Shown piece after piece: positions 47,347 through 56,061 of a stretch of 64,000 bases of DNA (position 1 is its first letter; every line of letters begins with the position of its first letter). The position numbers and the translations under genes are program-made. Below the pieces are notes generated by a model. That model was given only the letters and a program-made list of their open reading frames with translations, was not told the origin of the DNA and did not search any database. Origin of the DNA: Candidatus Latescibacterota bacterium (GTDB lineage Bacteria; Latescibacterota; UBA2968; UBA8231); assembly GCA_965206595.1 (NCBI GenBank), contig OZ242214.1:1056001-1120000 (forward strand). Direction: 5' to 3'.

Positions 47347-47414
47347 ACCGCTGCCTCGGGGGGGGTCGATCGCTCTCGCTCTTCTTACGCCGATCTGCCT
47401 CGATCGGGGTTTGT

Positions 47415-48191
47415 TCAGGCTTCCGCCTTCTTCTCGAAGAGCCACATGCCGAACCCCATGGAAGCGAGCCCGACGGCGACCGAGTACGCGGCGATCATGA
47501 AATTGACCTCGACGGAATCCAGACCCACGGCCAGGGGGATGCCGTAGGCGGAGTCGATCCGCAGCGACAGCTCGTAGGTGCCGAGGACCGCCGGAAGGGC
47601 GAGCACCCCAGGCAGGGTGCGGAGATACCAGTACAGCACGAAGATGGTGAAGGCCGCGGACGCCAGTCCGGAAAAGCGCCGCACCACCAGCCTGAGGCCT
47701 GCGATACCGCCGGCTATGCCCAGCATGACCCCCATGGCGGACAGGTAGATGACGCCGTTGAGTACCAGGACGTCCAGGGCCGGGAAGAGGGGGATTCGTA
47801 CCTCCGCTACCCGGTCGGCGAGGCCGCGCAATTCGCCGAGAACGGCGAAGAGACCGGCGCTGCTCATGGCGAACAGGATTATGCCTAGAGTCGCCACCGC
47901 CGCGGCCTTGGCGGCGAATATCCGGGCCCGGGATACCGGCAGGGAGAGGAGCAGGTAATGGGTCTGTCCTTTCACTTCCTGGGTGAACGAGTGACTGAGC
48001 GCGAAAGGCAGGACCAGCAGCCACGCGTAGGGGACGAAGCTCCACAGGACGTGGATGGAGGGGAGGACCTGGGCATCGTCGAAAGACAGAACCGCAATGA
48101 TCTCCAGGAAGGCGGTCACCAGCGGCAGCAGGATGAACAGGGTGCGGTGCTCCTTGATCTCTTTCAGGTACAGGCTCTTCCAGGTATTCAC
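47415..48191 (-). CDS. ABC-2-type transporter permease
   Basis: KSLYLKEIKE, QEVKGQTHYLLLSLPVSRARIFAAK; about 6 TMs; in a GntR-ATPase-permease operon. Confidence 0.85.
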   Translation of the reverse strand: MNTWKSLYLKEIKEHRTLFILLPLVTAFLEIIAVLSFDDAQVLPSIHVLWSFVPYAWLLVLPFALSHSFTQEVKGQTHYLLLSLPVSRARIFAAKAAAVATLGIILFAMSSAGLFAVLGELRGLADRVAEVRIPLFPALDVLVLNGVIYLSAMGVMLGIAGGIAGLRLVVRRFSGLASAAFTIFVLYWYLRTLPGVLALPAVLGTYELSLRIDSAYGIPLAVGLDSVEVNFMIAAYSVAVGLASMGFGMWLFEKKAEA

Positions 48192-48848
48192 GCTACCACC
48201 TCCTCGAAAATGTCACCGAGGGACATGCCGCGATTTTCCCTCAGCTCTTCGACGTCGCCGATGACCGCAATCTCGCCATGCCGCAGGAAGGCTACTTCCT
48301 CGATCAACTCTTCCACTTCGCCGACGAGATGGGTCGAGATCAGGATCGTCTGCTCTCCGAAGCGGAACTCACTGAGCAAGGTTTCCAGGATGCGCCGGCG
48401 CGAACGGCGGGTCGATGCGCCCCAGCGGCTCGTCCATCAGAACCAGCTCACTCGGCCAGGAGAAGGCGGCCGCCACCTTGAGCCGCGCCCGCTGGCCGTC
48501 GACGTTCATGATGGCGAGAAGCCGGCGCGACTTCTCCATGTCCCACCCCGGGAAGAAGGCGGCCAGGAACTCGAACTGCTCGATTACGCCCATCCAGTCG
48601 TAAAAGGGACTGACCTCGGGCAGGTAGGCGGTTATGCGGCGGGTTTCGACCCCCACCGGGAGTCCGGAGATGCGGGCGCTGCCTTCGCTGGCACGGGCGA
48701 CCCCGGCCAGGATCTTGAAGAGCGTGATCTTGCCGCTCCCGTTTTCTCCGAGGATGCCCATCACCCGTCCGCGTGCGACGGTCAGAGAGATGCCCCCGAG
48801 GGCGGTTACACCGGGATATCGCTTCCACAGGTTCTTCACTTCTATCAT
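48188..48848 (-). pseudogene. ABC transporter ATP-binding protein (YtrB-like), disrupted
   Basis: Walker A reads GENGSGKIT; the ABC signature is missing (MNVD joins directly to GQRARL); one extra base at about 48403-48404 shifts the frame after MDEPLGRIDPP, and the other frame continues SRRRILETLLSEF...ILISTH. Confidence 0.85.
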
Positions 48849-49216
48849 CGGCTTGCCTCCGTTAGGATTTCGCCAACCAGGTCCTCGATCTGGGCTCGTG
48901 AGAGGGCCAGGCCGCGGACCTCCGAGACGAAGCGGTCCCGCGCCTTCCGGGCCAGGGTGCTGCGCTCGCTGTCGATCCGTTCGGTGCTTTCGGTTAGCGA
49001 AGATCCATGGCCGCGTCGCGTCGTTATGAACCCCTCGCGCTCCAGCTCCATGTAGGCCCTGGACATGGTGTTGGGATTTACCCCCATTTCAGCTGCCATC
49101 TCCCGCACCGACGGCAAACGGTCCCCGGCCCTATAGACTCCCTGAGCGGTGCGCTTTTTCACCGCCTCGATGATCTGCAGGTAGATGGGCCGGGTAGGAT
49201 CAAAGTCGGGAACCAT
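48845..49216 (-). CDS. GntR-family (YtrA subfamily) transcriptional regulator
   Basis: PIYLQI, GDRLPSVREMA, VNPNTMSRAYMELEREG; short C-terminal domain; heads an ABC exporter operon. Confidence 0.93.
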   Translation of the reverse strand: MVPDFDPTRPIYLQIIEAVKKRTAQGVYRAGDRLPSVREMAAEMGVNPNTMSRAYMELEREGFITTRRGHGSSLTESTERIDSERSTLARKARDRFVSEVRGLALSRAQIEDLVGEILTEASR

Positions 49217-49351
49217 CTATTCGCACCATTCCGATGTCTCTCTCAATCTCGACCTCCATTCGAAGGTAGATCCCGTTTCGCCGCGGGGGTGCTGTGCCGA
49301 TCTGATTGCGGGAGGAAACGAATGGGACCACATCGTATCCTATTGGCATAG

Positions 49352-49392
49352 TGTTCTATTTGTATAGTACAACAATATTGTAGACAGGTCAA
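49352..49392 (-). promoter_or_regulatory. Sigma70 promoter overlapped by a YtrA-type operator palindrome
   Basis: Minus strand TTGACC (49392-49387), 17 bp, TACTAT (49369-49364). Inverted repeat TGTTCTAT-N4-ATAGTACA at 49352-49371 (one mismatch) covers the -10. Confidence 0.8.
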
Positions 49393-49493
49393 GTTTTTAT
49401 GGTGTCATTGCCCGAATCGGATGCCGGCAAGACCGCGTTGCAGTACTCTTACGGCAAAACTCGCAGTTATGGCAGTTATGGTGGAGGAGAAAG

Positions 49494-50651
49494 ATGCGGA
49501 TTCGAGTGATGTACCTGATACTCGCAGGGCTGATGAGCGCCGTCCCGGTCCGGGCGGATCATCTCACCTTCTACGACCCCACCCTTCCCGGAAGGTCGCC
49601 CGCCTTAGGAAACGAAGACGCCCCGGTTTTCGACGCCGGCATTTCGCCGGTCCGGGGAGAGGTGCCGGCTGCGGATCCTTCAGGCGCTCCGCGAGAGGGG
49701 GCGTTCGTCCGGAATTCCGGCTCGGATTTGGCGAGCCCGCCGCGGGGAAGGGCCGCCGCCGCGACCGTTCGCGTCGTCTGGCAGGAGGAGGGCCGGGGCG
49801 GGACAGCCGCCGCCACGGAGGAGGACACGGATGCACTCAGCGAAATGCTGCGCTCCGAAGAGCTGAGCCTGGGCCTGATTTTGGGGGCGCTGGCTCTGTC
49901 CCTCTTTCTCGGGGCCGCCCACGGCCTTGAGCCGGGCCACGGCAAGACCGTGGTAGCTGCCTATCTGGTCGGCTCGCGGGGTACCGTGGGCAACGCCATG
50001 TTTCTGGGCGGAGTTGTCACCTTCACGCACACCTTCAGTGTGATCATGCTGGGCTTGGTGGCGCTCTTCGCCACCCAGTACGTCCAACCGGAGCAGATCT
50101 TCCCCTGGCTCGGCACCGCCTCCGGAGTTCTGATCATGGCTCTCGGCATATGGCTCCTCGCCGGTCATCTGAGGAAGCTGGACACCCGCGGTCACCACCA
50201 TCACGACCACCACGGTGATCATGACCACCATCACGACCACAGCCACCATGACCACGGCCATGAAGGGGAGGATCACCACCATGGGCATGGCCATTCCCAC
50301 AGCCACGAGATTCCCGAAAAGGTGACCCTGGGAAGTCTCCTGGCCCTCGGGATTTCCGGCGGCATCGTCCCGTGTCATGGGGCGTTGGTGATCCTGTTGC
50401 TGGCGGTGGCCCTGCATCGCATCGCCTTCGGTCTGCTGCTGCTGCTCGCCTTCAGCGTCGGGCTGGCCGCGGTCCTGATCGCCATCGGCGTGCTCATGGT
50501 CAAGGCGCGTCCGCTCGTCGACCGTTTTTCCGGGGACAGCAAGTGGATACAACGCCTGCCGGCCGTCAGCTCGGTCATCATCATCGCCGTGGGCCTGGGG
50601 ATAACTGTCAGAACCCTCATTGGCACGGGGGTCGTCAGCGTCCACCTGTAA
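49494..50651 (+). CDS. Nickel/cobalt efflux transporter, RcnA/NicO family
   Basis: LGAAHGLEPGHGKTVVAAYLVG, VTFTHT, long His-rich loop, GISGGIVPC; GGAGGA RBS. Confidence 0.9.
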   Translation: MRIRVMYLILAGLMSAVPVRADHLTFYDPTLPGRSPALGNEDAPVFDAGISPVRGEVPAADPSGAPREGAFVRNSGSDLASPPRGRAAAATVRVVWQEEGRGGTAAATEEDTDALSEMLRSEELSLGLILGALALSLFLGAAHGLEPGHGKTVVAAYLVGSRGTVGNAMFLGGVVTFTHTFSVIMLGLVALFATQYVQPEQIFPWLGTASGVLIMALGIWLLAGHLRKLDTRGHHHHDHHGDHDHHHDHSHHDHGHEGEDHHHGHGHSHSHEIPEKVTLGSLLALGISGGIVPCHGALVILLLAVALHRIAFGLLLLLAFSVGLAAVLIAIGVLMVKARPLVDRFSGDSKWIQRLPAVSSVIIIAVGLGITVRTLIGTGVVSVHL

Positions 50652-50858
50652 TCGGCACCAGGCAGCCGCAGGCGGTCGCCAGGAAACCGCCCGGGGAACA
50701 CCTGTTCGGTCGCGAAGTCCGCAAGTCCAGTCAGGCGCAGTAGATCACCGGGTCTGTTTACTGCCGGACAGGCAGGCCGCCGCCCCGAAGTTTCCGGTGA
50801 AGGCCTTGCCGGCGGGATGGCCACAGGTGCAGTCAGGGCCGGTGAATCGCAGGTCGTT

Positions 50859-51428
50859 TCACCGGACATGGGCGGATCGTCCTCCGCCCGCCGGGTTCCA
50901 TCCGCGCGGCAGGACGATGAGCCGCATCCCGGGCCGGGCGGCGTTGTAGAGTGCGCGGATGTCCCCTTCGTTCAGTCGCACGCTCGGCGCCCGGACCACC
51001 CCCCATTCCGGGGCTGCGTAAATCAGCATTTGACCCGTAAGCCAGAGCGCGCAGTCTCTGTCGCCGTCCTCGGCGAGGTAATCCTCCCAATCGAATGACG
51101 ACTGCGAGTGCCCCGGGCGCCCGCTGCCTCCCGGGGCCCGCCAGTAACGTCGGATCTTCCCCAGCACTTCCCGTTCGCCGCCGCCGCCGGTGAGGGAGTC
51201 GAGGACAGCCGGGCAGCGGCGCAGCAGGGCCTTCTGCTGCATCAATCGCACCTCCGCCGCCTCGTAATCGAGCAGGAGATAGGGCTCGCTGGCATCGATC
51301 GCCTGCACCCAGGCCTGCAGGGCGCGGTTGATCGATTCGAGTTCCGCGATTTGTGTGGGGGTTTGTGAGGCTGGCAACGGCGGCACCGTTGCGGAAGCGA
51401 TTGCCGCAGACAACAGAAAGCCCCTCAT
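50859..51428 (-). CDS. Exported YkuD (L,D-transpeptidase)-like protein lacking the catalytic His/Cys
   Basis: PYLLLD...EVRL...LLRRCP and SVRLNEGDIRALYNAARPGMRLIV parallel the PYLVVD and CVRV...DLAYLF...GTPVFI segments of the nearby LDT. Confidence 0.55.
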   Translation of the reverse strand: MRGFLLSAAIASATVPPLPASQTPTQIAELESINRALQAWVQAIDASEPYLLLDYEAAEVRLMQQKALLRRCPAVLDSLTGGGGEREVLGKIRRYWRAPGGSGRPGHSQSSFDWEDYLAEDGDRDCALWLTGQMLIYAAPEWGVVRAPSVRLNEGDIRALYNAARPGMRLIVLPRGWNPAGGGRSAHVR

Positions 51429-51434
51429 GCGAAA

Positions 51435-52376
51435 TCAGTCCCCGAGATTCTCGCGAACCCGGCCGAAAATCCCGCGGATTCGCGCCATCGCTTCGGCGCT
51501 GAGCGGGGGGCCGTTGACGGCGGCTGCGTTTGCCTCGAGATGGCGGATGTTCGCGGTCCCGGTGAGAACGGTCGACACCGCCGGATGCGAGGCAGCGAAC
51601 TTGTACCCCGCCGCCGGCAGGGACGGAACACCCCCTTCGAGGAGCCATCCGAGGGGATCCGACAGATCGACGGTACCGGCGTCGACAACCCCGCGTTCCA
51701 CCGCGTCCCGGATGCGCCGGCGCAGATGTTCGGGACGGCTGAGGCCGCGACGGACCGCCACCATGTCAACAACCCCGACCTGCCGCTTCAGGCAGCGGTC
51801 GAAGACGAGCTCCTCTGCCGAGGGGCTGAGAATGCCGTAGGCGATCATCATCGCGTCGATGGCCTCGATGTCGAGAGCCCGCCCGACGACTTCGTGGTTG
51901 TGGTCCCTGCTGTAGTTCTCGGAAAGTCCGAGGAATCGGCACTTGCCCTGCTCGACCAGGCGGATGGCGGTGGGCAGCTGGGTTTCCATGACCTCGTCAT
52001 ACAGCTCCGGGATCACGCCGTGGAACTGCACCAGATCGATAACGTCGACGCCGAGCCGCTCGAGACTCCCCTCCACCGACGCAACCACTTCATCGCCCGA
52101 CGGCACGCGTCCGTCGATCGCCGAGGGAAACTTCGTCGCGATCAGGTACTGGTCCCTGGTTACGCCGGAGAGCATCCTGCCGAGGAGGGACTCGCTGTCG
52201 CCGTATTGCGACGACGAGTCGATGAAGTTGACCCCGAGCTCCAGCGCCCGGCGCAGCATCCGGCCTGCCGCGGTTTCGTCGACGCCGGAGGTTTGGCCGA
52301 ACAGGCTGGGGCCACCGGTCCCAAGGCTGAGAAGCGAAACCCGCAACCCGGTGCGACCCAAAGGACGATAGCGCAT
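51435..52376 (-). CDS. Aldo/keto reductase
   Basis: YRPLGRTGLRVSLLSLG, NFIDSS..YG.SE, IATKF, SLERLGVDVIDLVQFH. Confidence 0.9.
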   Translation of the reverse strand: MRYRPLGRTGLRVSLLSLGTGGPSLFGQTSGVDETAAGRMLRRALELGVNFIDSSSQYGDSESLLGRMLSGVTRDQYLIATKFPSAIDGRVPSGDEVVASVEGSLERLGVDVIDLVQFHGVIPELYDEVMETQLPTAIRLVEQGKCRFLGLSENYSRDHNHEVVGRALDIEAIDAMMIAYGILSPSAEELVFDRCLKRQVGVVDMVAVRRGLSRPEHLRRRIRDAVERGVVDAGTVDLSDPLGWLLEGGVPSLPAAGYKFAASHPAVSTVLTGTANIRHLEANAAAVNGPPLSAEAMARIRGIFGRVRENLGD

Positions 52377-52382
52377 GGCGGT

Positions 52383-53336
52383 TCAACTTTCACCGATATC
52401 GAGGAGTATCTTCAGGATCCCGGGCCGGGTCGCCCGCTCGAAAGCTTCCAACCCGTCGTCGATGGCGAAGCGGTCGCTGACCAGCGGGGCGACATCGATG
52501 GCTCCCGAGGTCAGCAGGTCGACTGCGGGGGCAAAGGGTCCGCAGCGCGAACCGATGATCGTCAGCTCGTCCACGACCAGCGGAGCGGCGTCGAGGTGCA
52601 GGCGGCCGGCGTAGGTGCTTTTCATAACCAGGGTCCCCCGTGGTCTGAGGGCGAAGCGGGCGAGCTCGAAACCTCCCGGAGAGCCGGTGCACTCCACGGA
52701 GAGGTCGAAGCTGCCCTCCTCCACCTCCTGGGAGGCTACCGTGGCGATGCCGCGCCTGCGCAGCAGCTCGAGCTTGTTTTCATGGCCGCCCGCGACGGAA
52801 AGCCGGCAACCGGTCAGGGCCAGTGTCTGGCCGATAAGCTGCCCGAGCTTGCCGTCTCCCACTACCAGCACCCGGTCATCCTCGCCGACCCGGACTTGCT
52901 CCTGAATCTGCAGGGCAGCTGCAAGGGGCTCGGTGAACACCGCCTCCGAGGAGCCGAGGCTTTGCGGGACGACGTGCAGGTTCCGCGAGGGAAGAACGAG
53001 GTGTTCGGCGAAGGCGCCGTCGCGGGCGGCGATTCCGAGAACGGTGCGATTGCCGCAGTGGGCGGGCACTCCCGACCTGCAGCGGCAGCAGGATCCGCAG
53101 GCGGCGTTTATTTCTCCGACCACCCGTTTGCCGGTGAGAGGGCCCGACTCGACGATGCCGACGAACTCGTGGCCTAGTATACCGCGGAAAGGGTAGTAAC
53201 CCCTGGTCAGCTCGATGTCGGTGTTGCAGATGCAGGCGACGAGAACTCTGACCAGGCACTCGTCGGCTGCGGGCTCCGGTCTCGGCAGGTCGAAGCGGAG
53301 GGTGAGCTTTCGCTCCTCGAGCCACAACCCTTTCAC
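52383..53336 (-). CDS. Zn-dependent medium-chain alcohol dehydrogenase
   Basis: ICNTD, GHEFVG, CGSCCRC...C structural zinc site, GDGKLG, GSRCGPF. Start moved to the GTG at 53336. Confidence 0.92.
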   Translation of the reverse strand: MKGLWLEERKLTLRFDLPRPEPAADECLVRVLVACICNTDIELTRGYYPFRGILGHEFVGIVESGPLTGKRVVGEINAACGSCCRCRSGVPAHCGNRTVLGIAARDGAFAEHLVLPSRNLHVVPQSLGSSEAVFTEPLAAALQIQEQVRVGEDDRVLVVGDGKLGQLIGQTLALTGCRLSVAGGHENKLELLRRRGIATVASQEVEEGSFDLSVECTGSPGGFELARFALRPRGTLVMKSTYAGRLHLDAAPLVVDELTIIGSRCGPFAPAVDLLTSGAIDVAPLVSDRFAIDDGLEAFERATRPGILKILLDIGES

Positions 53337-53374
53337 GGTTCTTTTAGGCTGTGTGAGTCGGTCAGATGCGAGGG

Positions 53375-53950
53375 TCAGTAAATGAAGACCGGGGTCCCCA
53401 GGTCGACGTTTTCGAACAGGTAGGCCAGATCCGGCGCGCCAACCCGCACACAGCCGTGGGTGATGCTCCTGCCGAGGTTCGTTTCGTAGAGCGTGCCGTG
53501 GATCATGTAGTCCTTGGCGAAATAGAGGGCGTATTCTCCCAGAACCCCCCGTTGAAAGCGGCGCCGGTCCTCGGCGAAGATCGGCACCGCCTCCTCCGAT
53601 TCGAGAAATGCCCACTCCGGCTTGATCCAGATCGGGTCGCGCTCCTTCCGCAAGATGGAAAAGCGTCCCATGGGAGTGGCGAAATTCCACCTGTGTTTCG
53701 CCTTGGTCCCTTCGAACCTGCGAGCGGCACCCGTGGCGCAGACGGCCTGGCGCAGGATCTCGTGCCCCCGGGCGCGCAGCAGCAGGCGGTTGTCGTGAGT
53801 ATCGACGACGAGGTAGGGTGCATTCGGTTCCCGCTCGGAGAGCTGGTTGAGGAGAATGGCCTGCCTCCTTCTCAGATCCTCCAGACTATCAGATGCCCCC
53901 GGATACGGAAGGGAGCAGAGAGCTATCGCGGTCACCACTAGTAGGCGCAT
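53375..53950 (-). CDS. L,D-transpeptidase (YkuD family)
   Basis: FATPMGRF, KERDPIWIKPEW, YMIHGT...ITHGCVRV catalytic motif; N-terminal signal. Confidence 0.92.
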   Translation of the reverse strand: MRLLVVTAIALCSLPYPGASDSLEDLRRRQAILLNQLSEREPNAPYLVVDTHDNRLLLRARGHEILRQAVCATGAARRFEGTKAKHRWNFATPMGRFSILRKERDPIWIKPEWAFLESEEAVPIFAEDRRRFQRGVLGEYALYFAKDYMIHGTLYETNLGRSITHGCVRVGAPDLAYLFENVDLGTPVFIY

Positions 53951-53967
53951 GGGCAACAGGAACAAAG

Positions 53968-53999
53968 AAGGGCCGGGGAGGAATTCCTCCCCGGCCCTT
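53968..53999 (-). terminator. Perfect 32-bp palindrome; likely intrinsic terminator or mRNA-stabilising hairpin after the lipoprotein gene
   Basis: AAGGGCCGGGGAGGAATTCCTCCCCGGCCCTT, followed on the minus strand by CTTTGTT. Confidence 0.75.
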
Positions 54000-54020
54000 G
54001 GGCGCATCGTGAAACTTTTT

Positions 54021-54653
54021 CTACATCTTGAGATACCAGGGCGTGTTCTTCTCGACGAGCTCATGGTATCTGGCGACCGCCTGCTCAACTCCGCTGGCGA
54101 CGGCTTCCGCTGTGCTCATGGCGCTGTTCGCCTTGGCAGTAGCCTCCTCGAACTCTTCGCTGTCGACCGCGGCGCGGGCGGCAGCGAGGTCGGAGTCGGC
54201 ACCCCCGAGGTCGGTTTTCAGCTGTTCGATGTCCACTTCGGTTCCCTTGCCGGCGGGAGCGGCTTCGAGGCTTCCCCTCGTTTGCTCGACTGCGGCAGCA
54301 GCCTCGGCGATAGCCGCTTCCGCGGCGCTCATGGCTGCGTTCTTGGCCTCGGTTGCGGAGGCTGCCGCGGCGTTCGCCTGGCCGGTGGCGTCGGCGAGTC
54401 CGGGCTTGACCACCTCGTCCCAGTTCTTGAACCACTTCTCGGCTTCGACATCGTAGGCGCTCTTGGCGTCGTCGAAGGCACGTTGCGCCGAGGCCAGCTC
54501 ATTATCGGCGTACTTCTCAGCCCCCGCATCCCTGGCGGCCTGCAGGGCTTGACTGGCAGCGTCGAGATCTGCCTTGGGAGGATCGCCGCCGCATCCCAGT
54601 GTCAGTCCGACGGCCAGAAGCACTGCAAGCAACGAAAATACCCGCGTTTTCAT
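54021..54653 (-). CDS. Ala-rich coiled-coil lipoprotein (DUF4398-like)
   Basis: Lipobox TLGC; AGAEKYA motif; helical Ala/Glu repeats; strong GGAGGAGG RBS. Confidence 0.8.
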   Translation of the reverse strand: MKTRVFSLLAVLLAVGLTLGCGGDPPKADLDAASQALQAARDAGAEKYADNELASAQRAFDDAKSAYDVEAEKWFKNWDEVVKPGLADATGQANAAAASATEAKNAAMSAAEAAIAEAAAAVEQTRGSLEAAPAGKGTEVDIEQLKTDLGGADSDLAAARAAVDSEEFEEATAKANSAMSTAEAVASGVEQAVARYHELVEKNTPWYLKM

Positions 54654-54721
54654 ATCCTCCTCCGAACCTGCTTGACAGGTCCGCTCGGCAGACCTGAAAG
54701 TGGCGTAAATAGAATAAAAAC

Positions 54722-54750
54722 AAACTAAAATTTGACATTGCGGTTGTCAA
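54722..54750 (-). promoter_or_regulatory. Sigma70 promoter with a TTGACA-N7-TGTCAA inverted repeat
   Basis: Minus strand TTGACA (54750-54745), 17 bp, TAGTTT; inverted repeat at 54732-54750. Confidence 0.65.
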
Positions 54751-54811
54751 GCAGAAACCTGCCAACCGCTACCGGTTCCCCGAGGGGTTCGCTTCTCCGG
54801 GAGGAGGTCGA

Positions 54812-55024
54812 TCACAGCTGGTTTTCGGCCTCCTCGGGCTCCCCGAAATCGTCGTCTTCGGATGAATCGTCTTCGTAAATCCAGCCGCACTCCCGGCACA
54901 GCGGGTGATCCTCCTCCCTGGGACTGAAGCACTGAGGGCATCGCTGCCGGCGTTTGCCGAAGAAGCGGATGGCGATAACCGCCAGGAGCAGGCAGGCGAA
55001 CAGCAGGTAAAGCGTTGTCGTCAC
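54812..55024 (-). CDS. Small single-TM protein with a zinc ribbon and acidic tail
   Basis: TM, then KRRQR, CPQC...CRECG, and a D/E-rich C-terminus. Confidence 0.7.
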   Translation of the reverse strand: MTTTLYLLFACLLLAVIAIRFFGKRRQRCPQCFSPREEDHPLCRECGWIYEDDSSEDDDFGEPEEAENQL

Positions 55025-55079
55025 GGCAGGTCGGGTCTTTCCCGGTCCCCGATTGCTCGAACCAAGTGAGCTGCAGGGC

Positions 55080-55928
55080 TCATGGTTCAGGACGGGATTT
55101 GCTCAGTTTTCTCAGCCGCCGCCGGCGTCCCCAACGGGTCGGCTTGATGCGCTGTCGTCGCCCTAGCGGCGCCTGAATGAGACCGGCTGCTTCGAGGTTG
55201 TCGAGAATGCCGTTGAGCTTTTCCGGGTGGTTGGTGATAATCCCCTGCACTCCCATCTGAACCATGTCGCGCATCACGAACTCCTCGTCCACCGTCCAGG
55301 CCCAGACGGAAACCGCACGTTTGCGCATTTCCTCGAAGAAAGGGGGGGTGAGGGTGGCGTGCCATATCGCCAGGGCGTTGGCGCCCACCTCCAGCACCTG
55401 CTTAATCAGCCTTCGCGCCCTGACCCTGGAGGGAACGGCCGGGAGCTTCCCGATCAGGAGGGCGGTCGGAATGCCGGCATCGAGGAGCTTGACGCGGCGG
55501 ATCGTCTCCGGGTTGAAGGACTGGATGACGACCTGGTCCGTCGCCTCCATGTCGTCGACGATCTGCAGCACCTTCTCGGCGAGGAATTCCCCTTTGATTT
55601 CGACGAGAAGGAGAGCGCGGTGGCGGGTCGTCTCGATCGCCTCTTCGAGCAGGGGGATCTGCGCACCCTTGAACTCCCTGCCGAACCAGGTTCCGGCGTC
55701 CGCGTTGCGGATCTGATCGAGCGTCTGCTGTCGAACCAAGCCGCGGCGGTCGGTGGTTCGGTCGAGGGTCGCGTCGTGGATGACTACCACGCGGCCATCG
55801 CTCGTCCCGTGAACGTCGATCTCGATCGCGTCCACTCCGATCCGGATGGCGCGCTCGAAGGCCGCCACCGTGTTTTCCGGTGCCGAGCCGGAAGCGCCGC
55901 GGTGGGCGATGCGCACCGGGTGAATCAT
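55080..55928 (-). CDS. Glycerophosphodiester phosphodiesterase
   Basis: IAHRGASG.APENT, IEIDV, HDATLDRTT, VEIKG, WTVD, GIITN. Confidence 0.93.
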   Translation of the reverse strand: MIHPVRIAHRGASGSAPENTVAAFERAIRIGVDAIEIDVHGTSDGRVVVIHDATLDRTTDRRGLVRQQTLDQIRNADAGTWFGREFKGAQIPLLEEAIETTRHRALLLVEIKGEFLAEKVLQIVDDMEATDQVVIQSFNPETIRRVKLLDAGIPTALLIGKLPAVPSRVRARRLIKQVLEVGANALAIWHATLTPPFFEEMRKRAVSVWAWTVDEEFVMRDMVQMGVQGIITNHPEKLNGILDNLEAAGLIQAPLGRRQRIKPTRWGRRRRLRKLSKSRPEP

Positions 55929-56061
55929 GTCCGTCGCTCCGCTCTGGGAATCGGTGTCCGAAACGCGGGAAAGTATATGGCGGGGGAGGATGGCCGGCTA
56001 ACCGGCGGGGGCAGGCAGCACGATGGGAACGCGTGCGAAAACATGGCCGGCCAGGGGCCGG

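Noticed and set aside
50190-50310. CAC/GAC/CAT-rich repetitive DNA as a possible repeat array or CRISPR
   Set aside because: It encodes the His-rich loop of the RcnA-like exporter; no repeat-spacer structure.
50652-50858. Possible ncRNA in the 200-bp convergent intergenic gap
   Set aside because: No recognisable family motif or strong stem found by eye; would need an Infernal/Rfam search.
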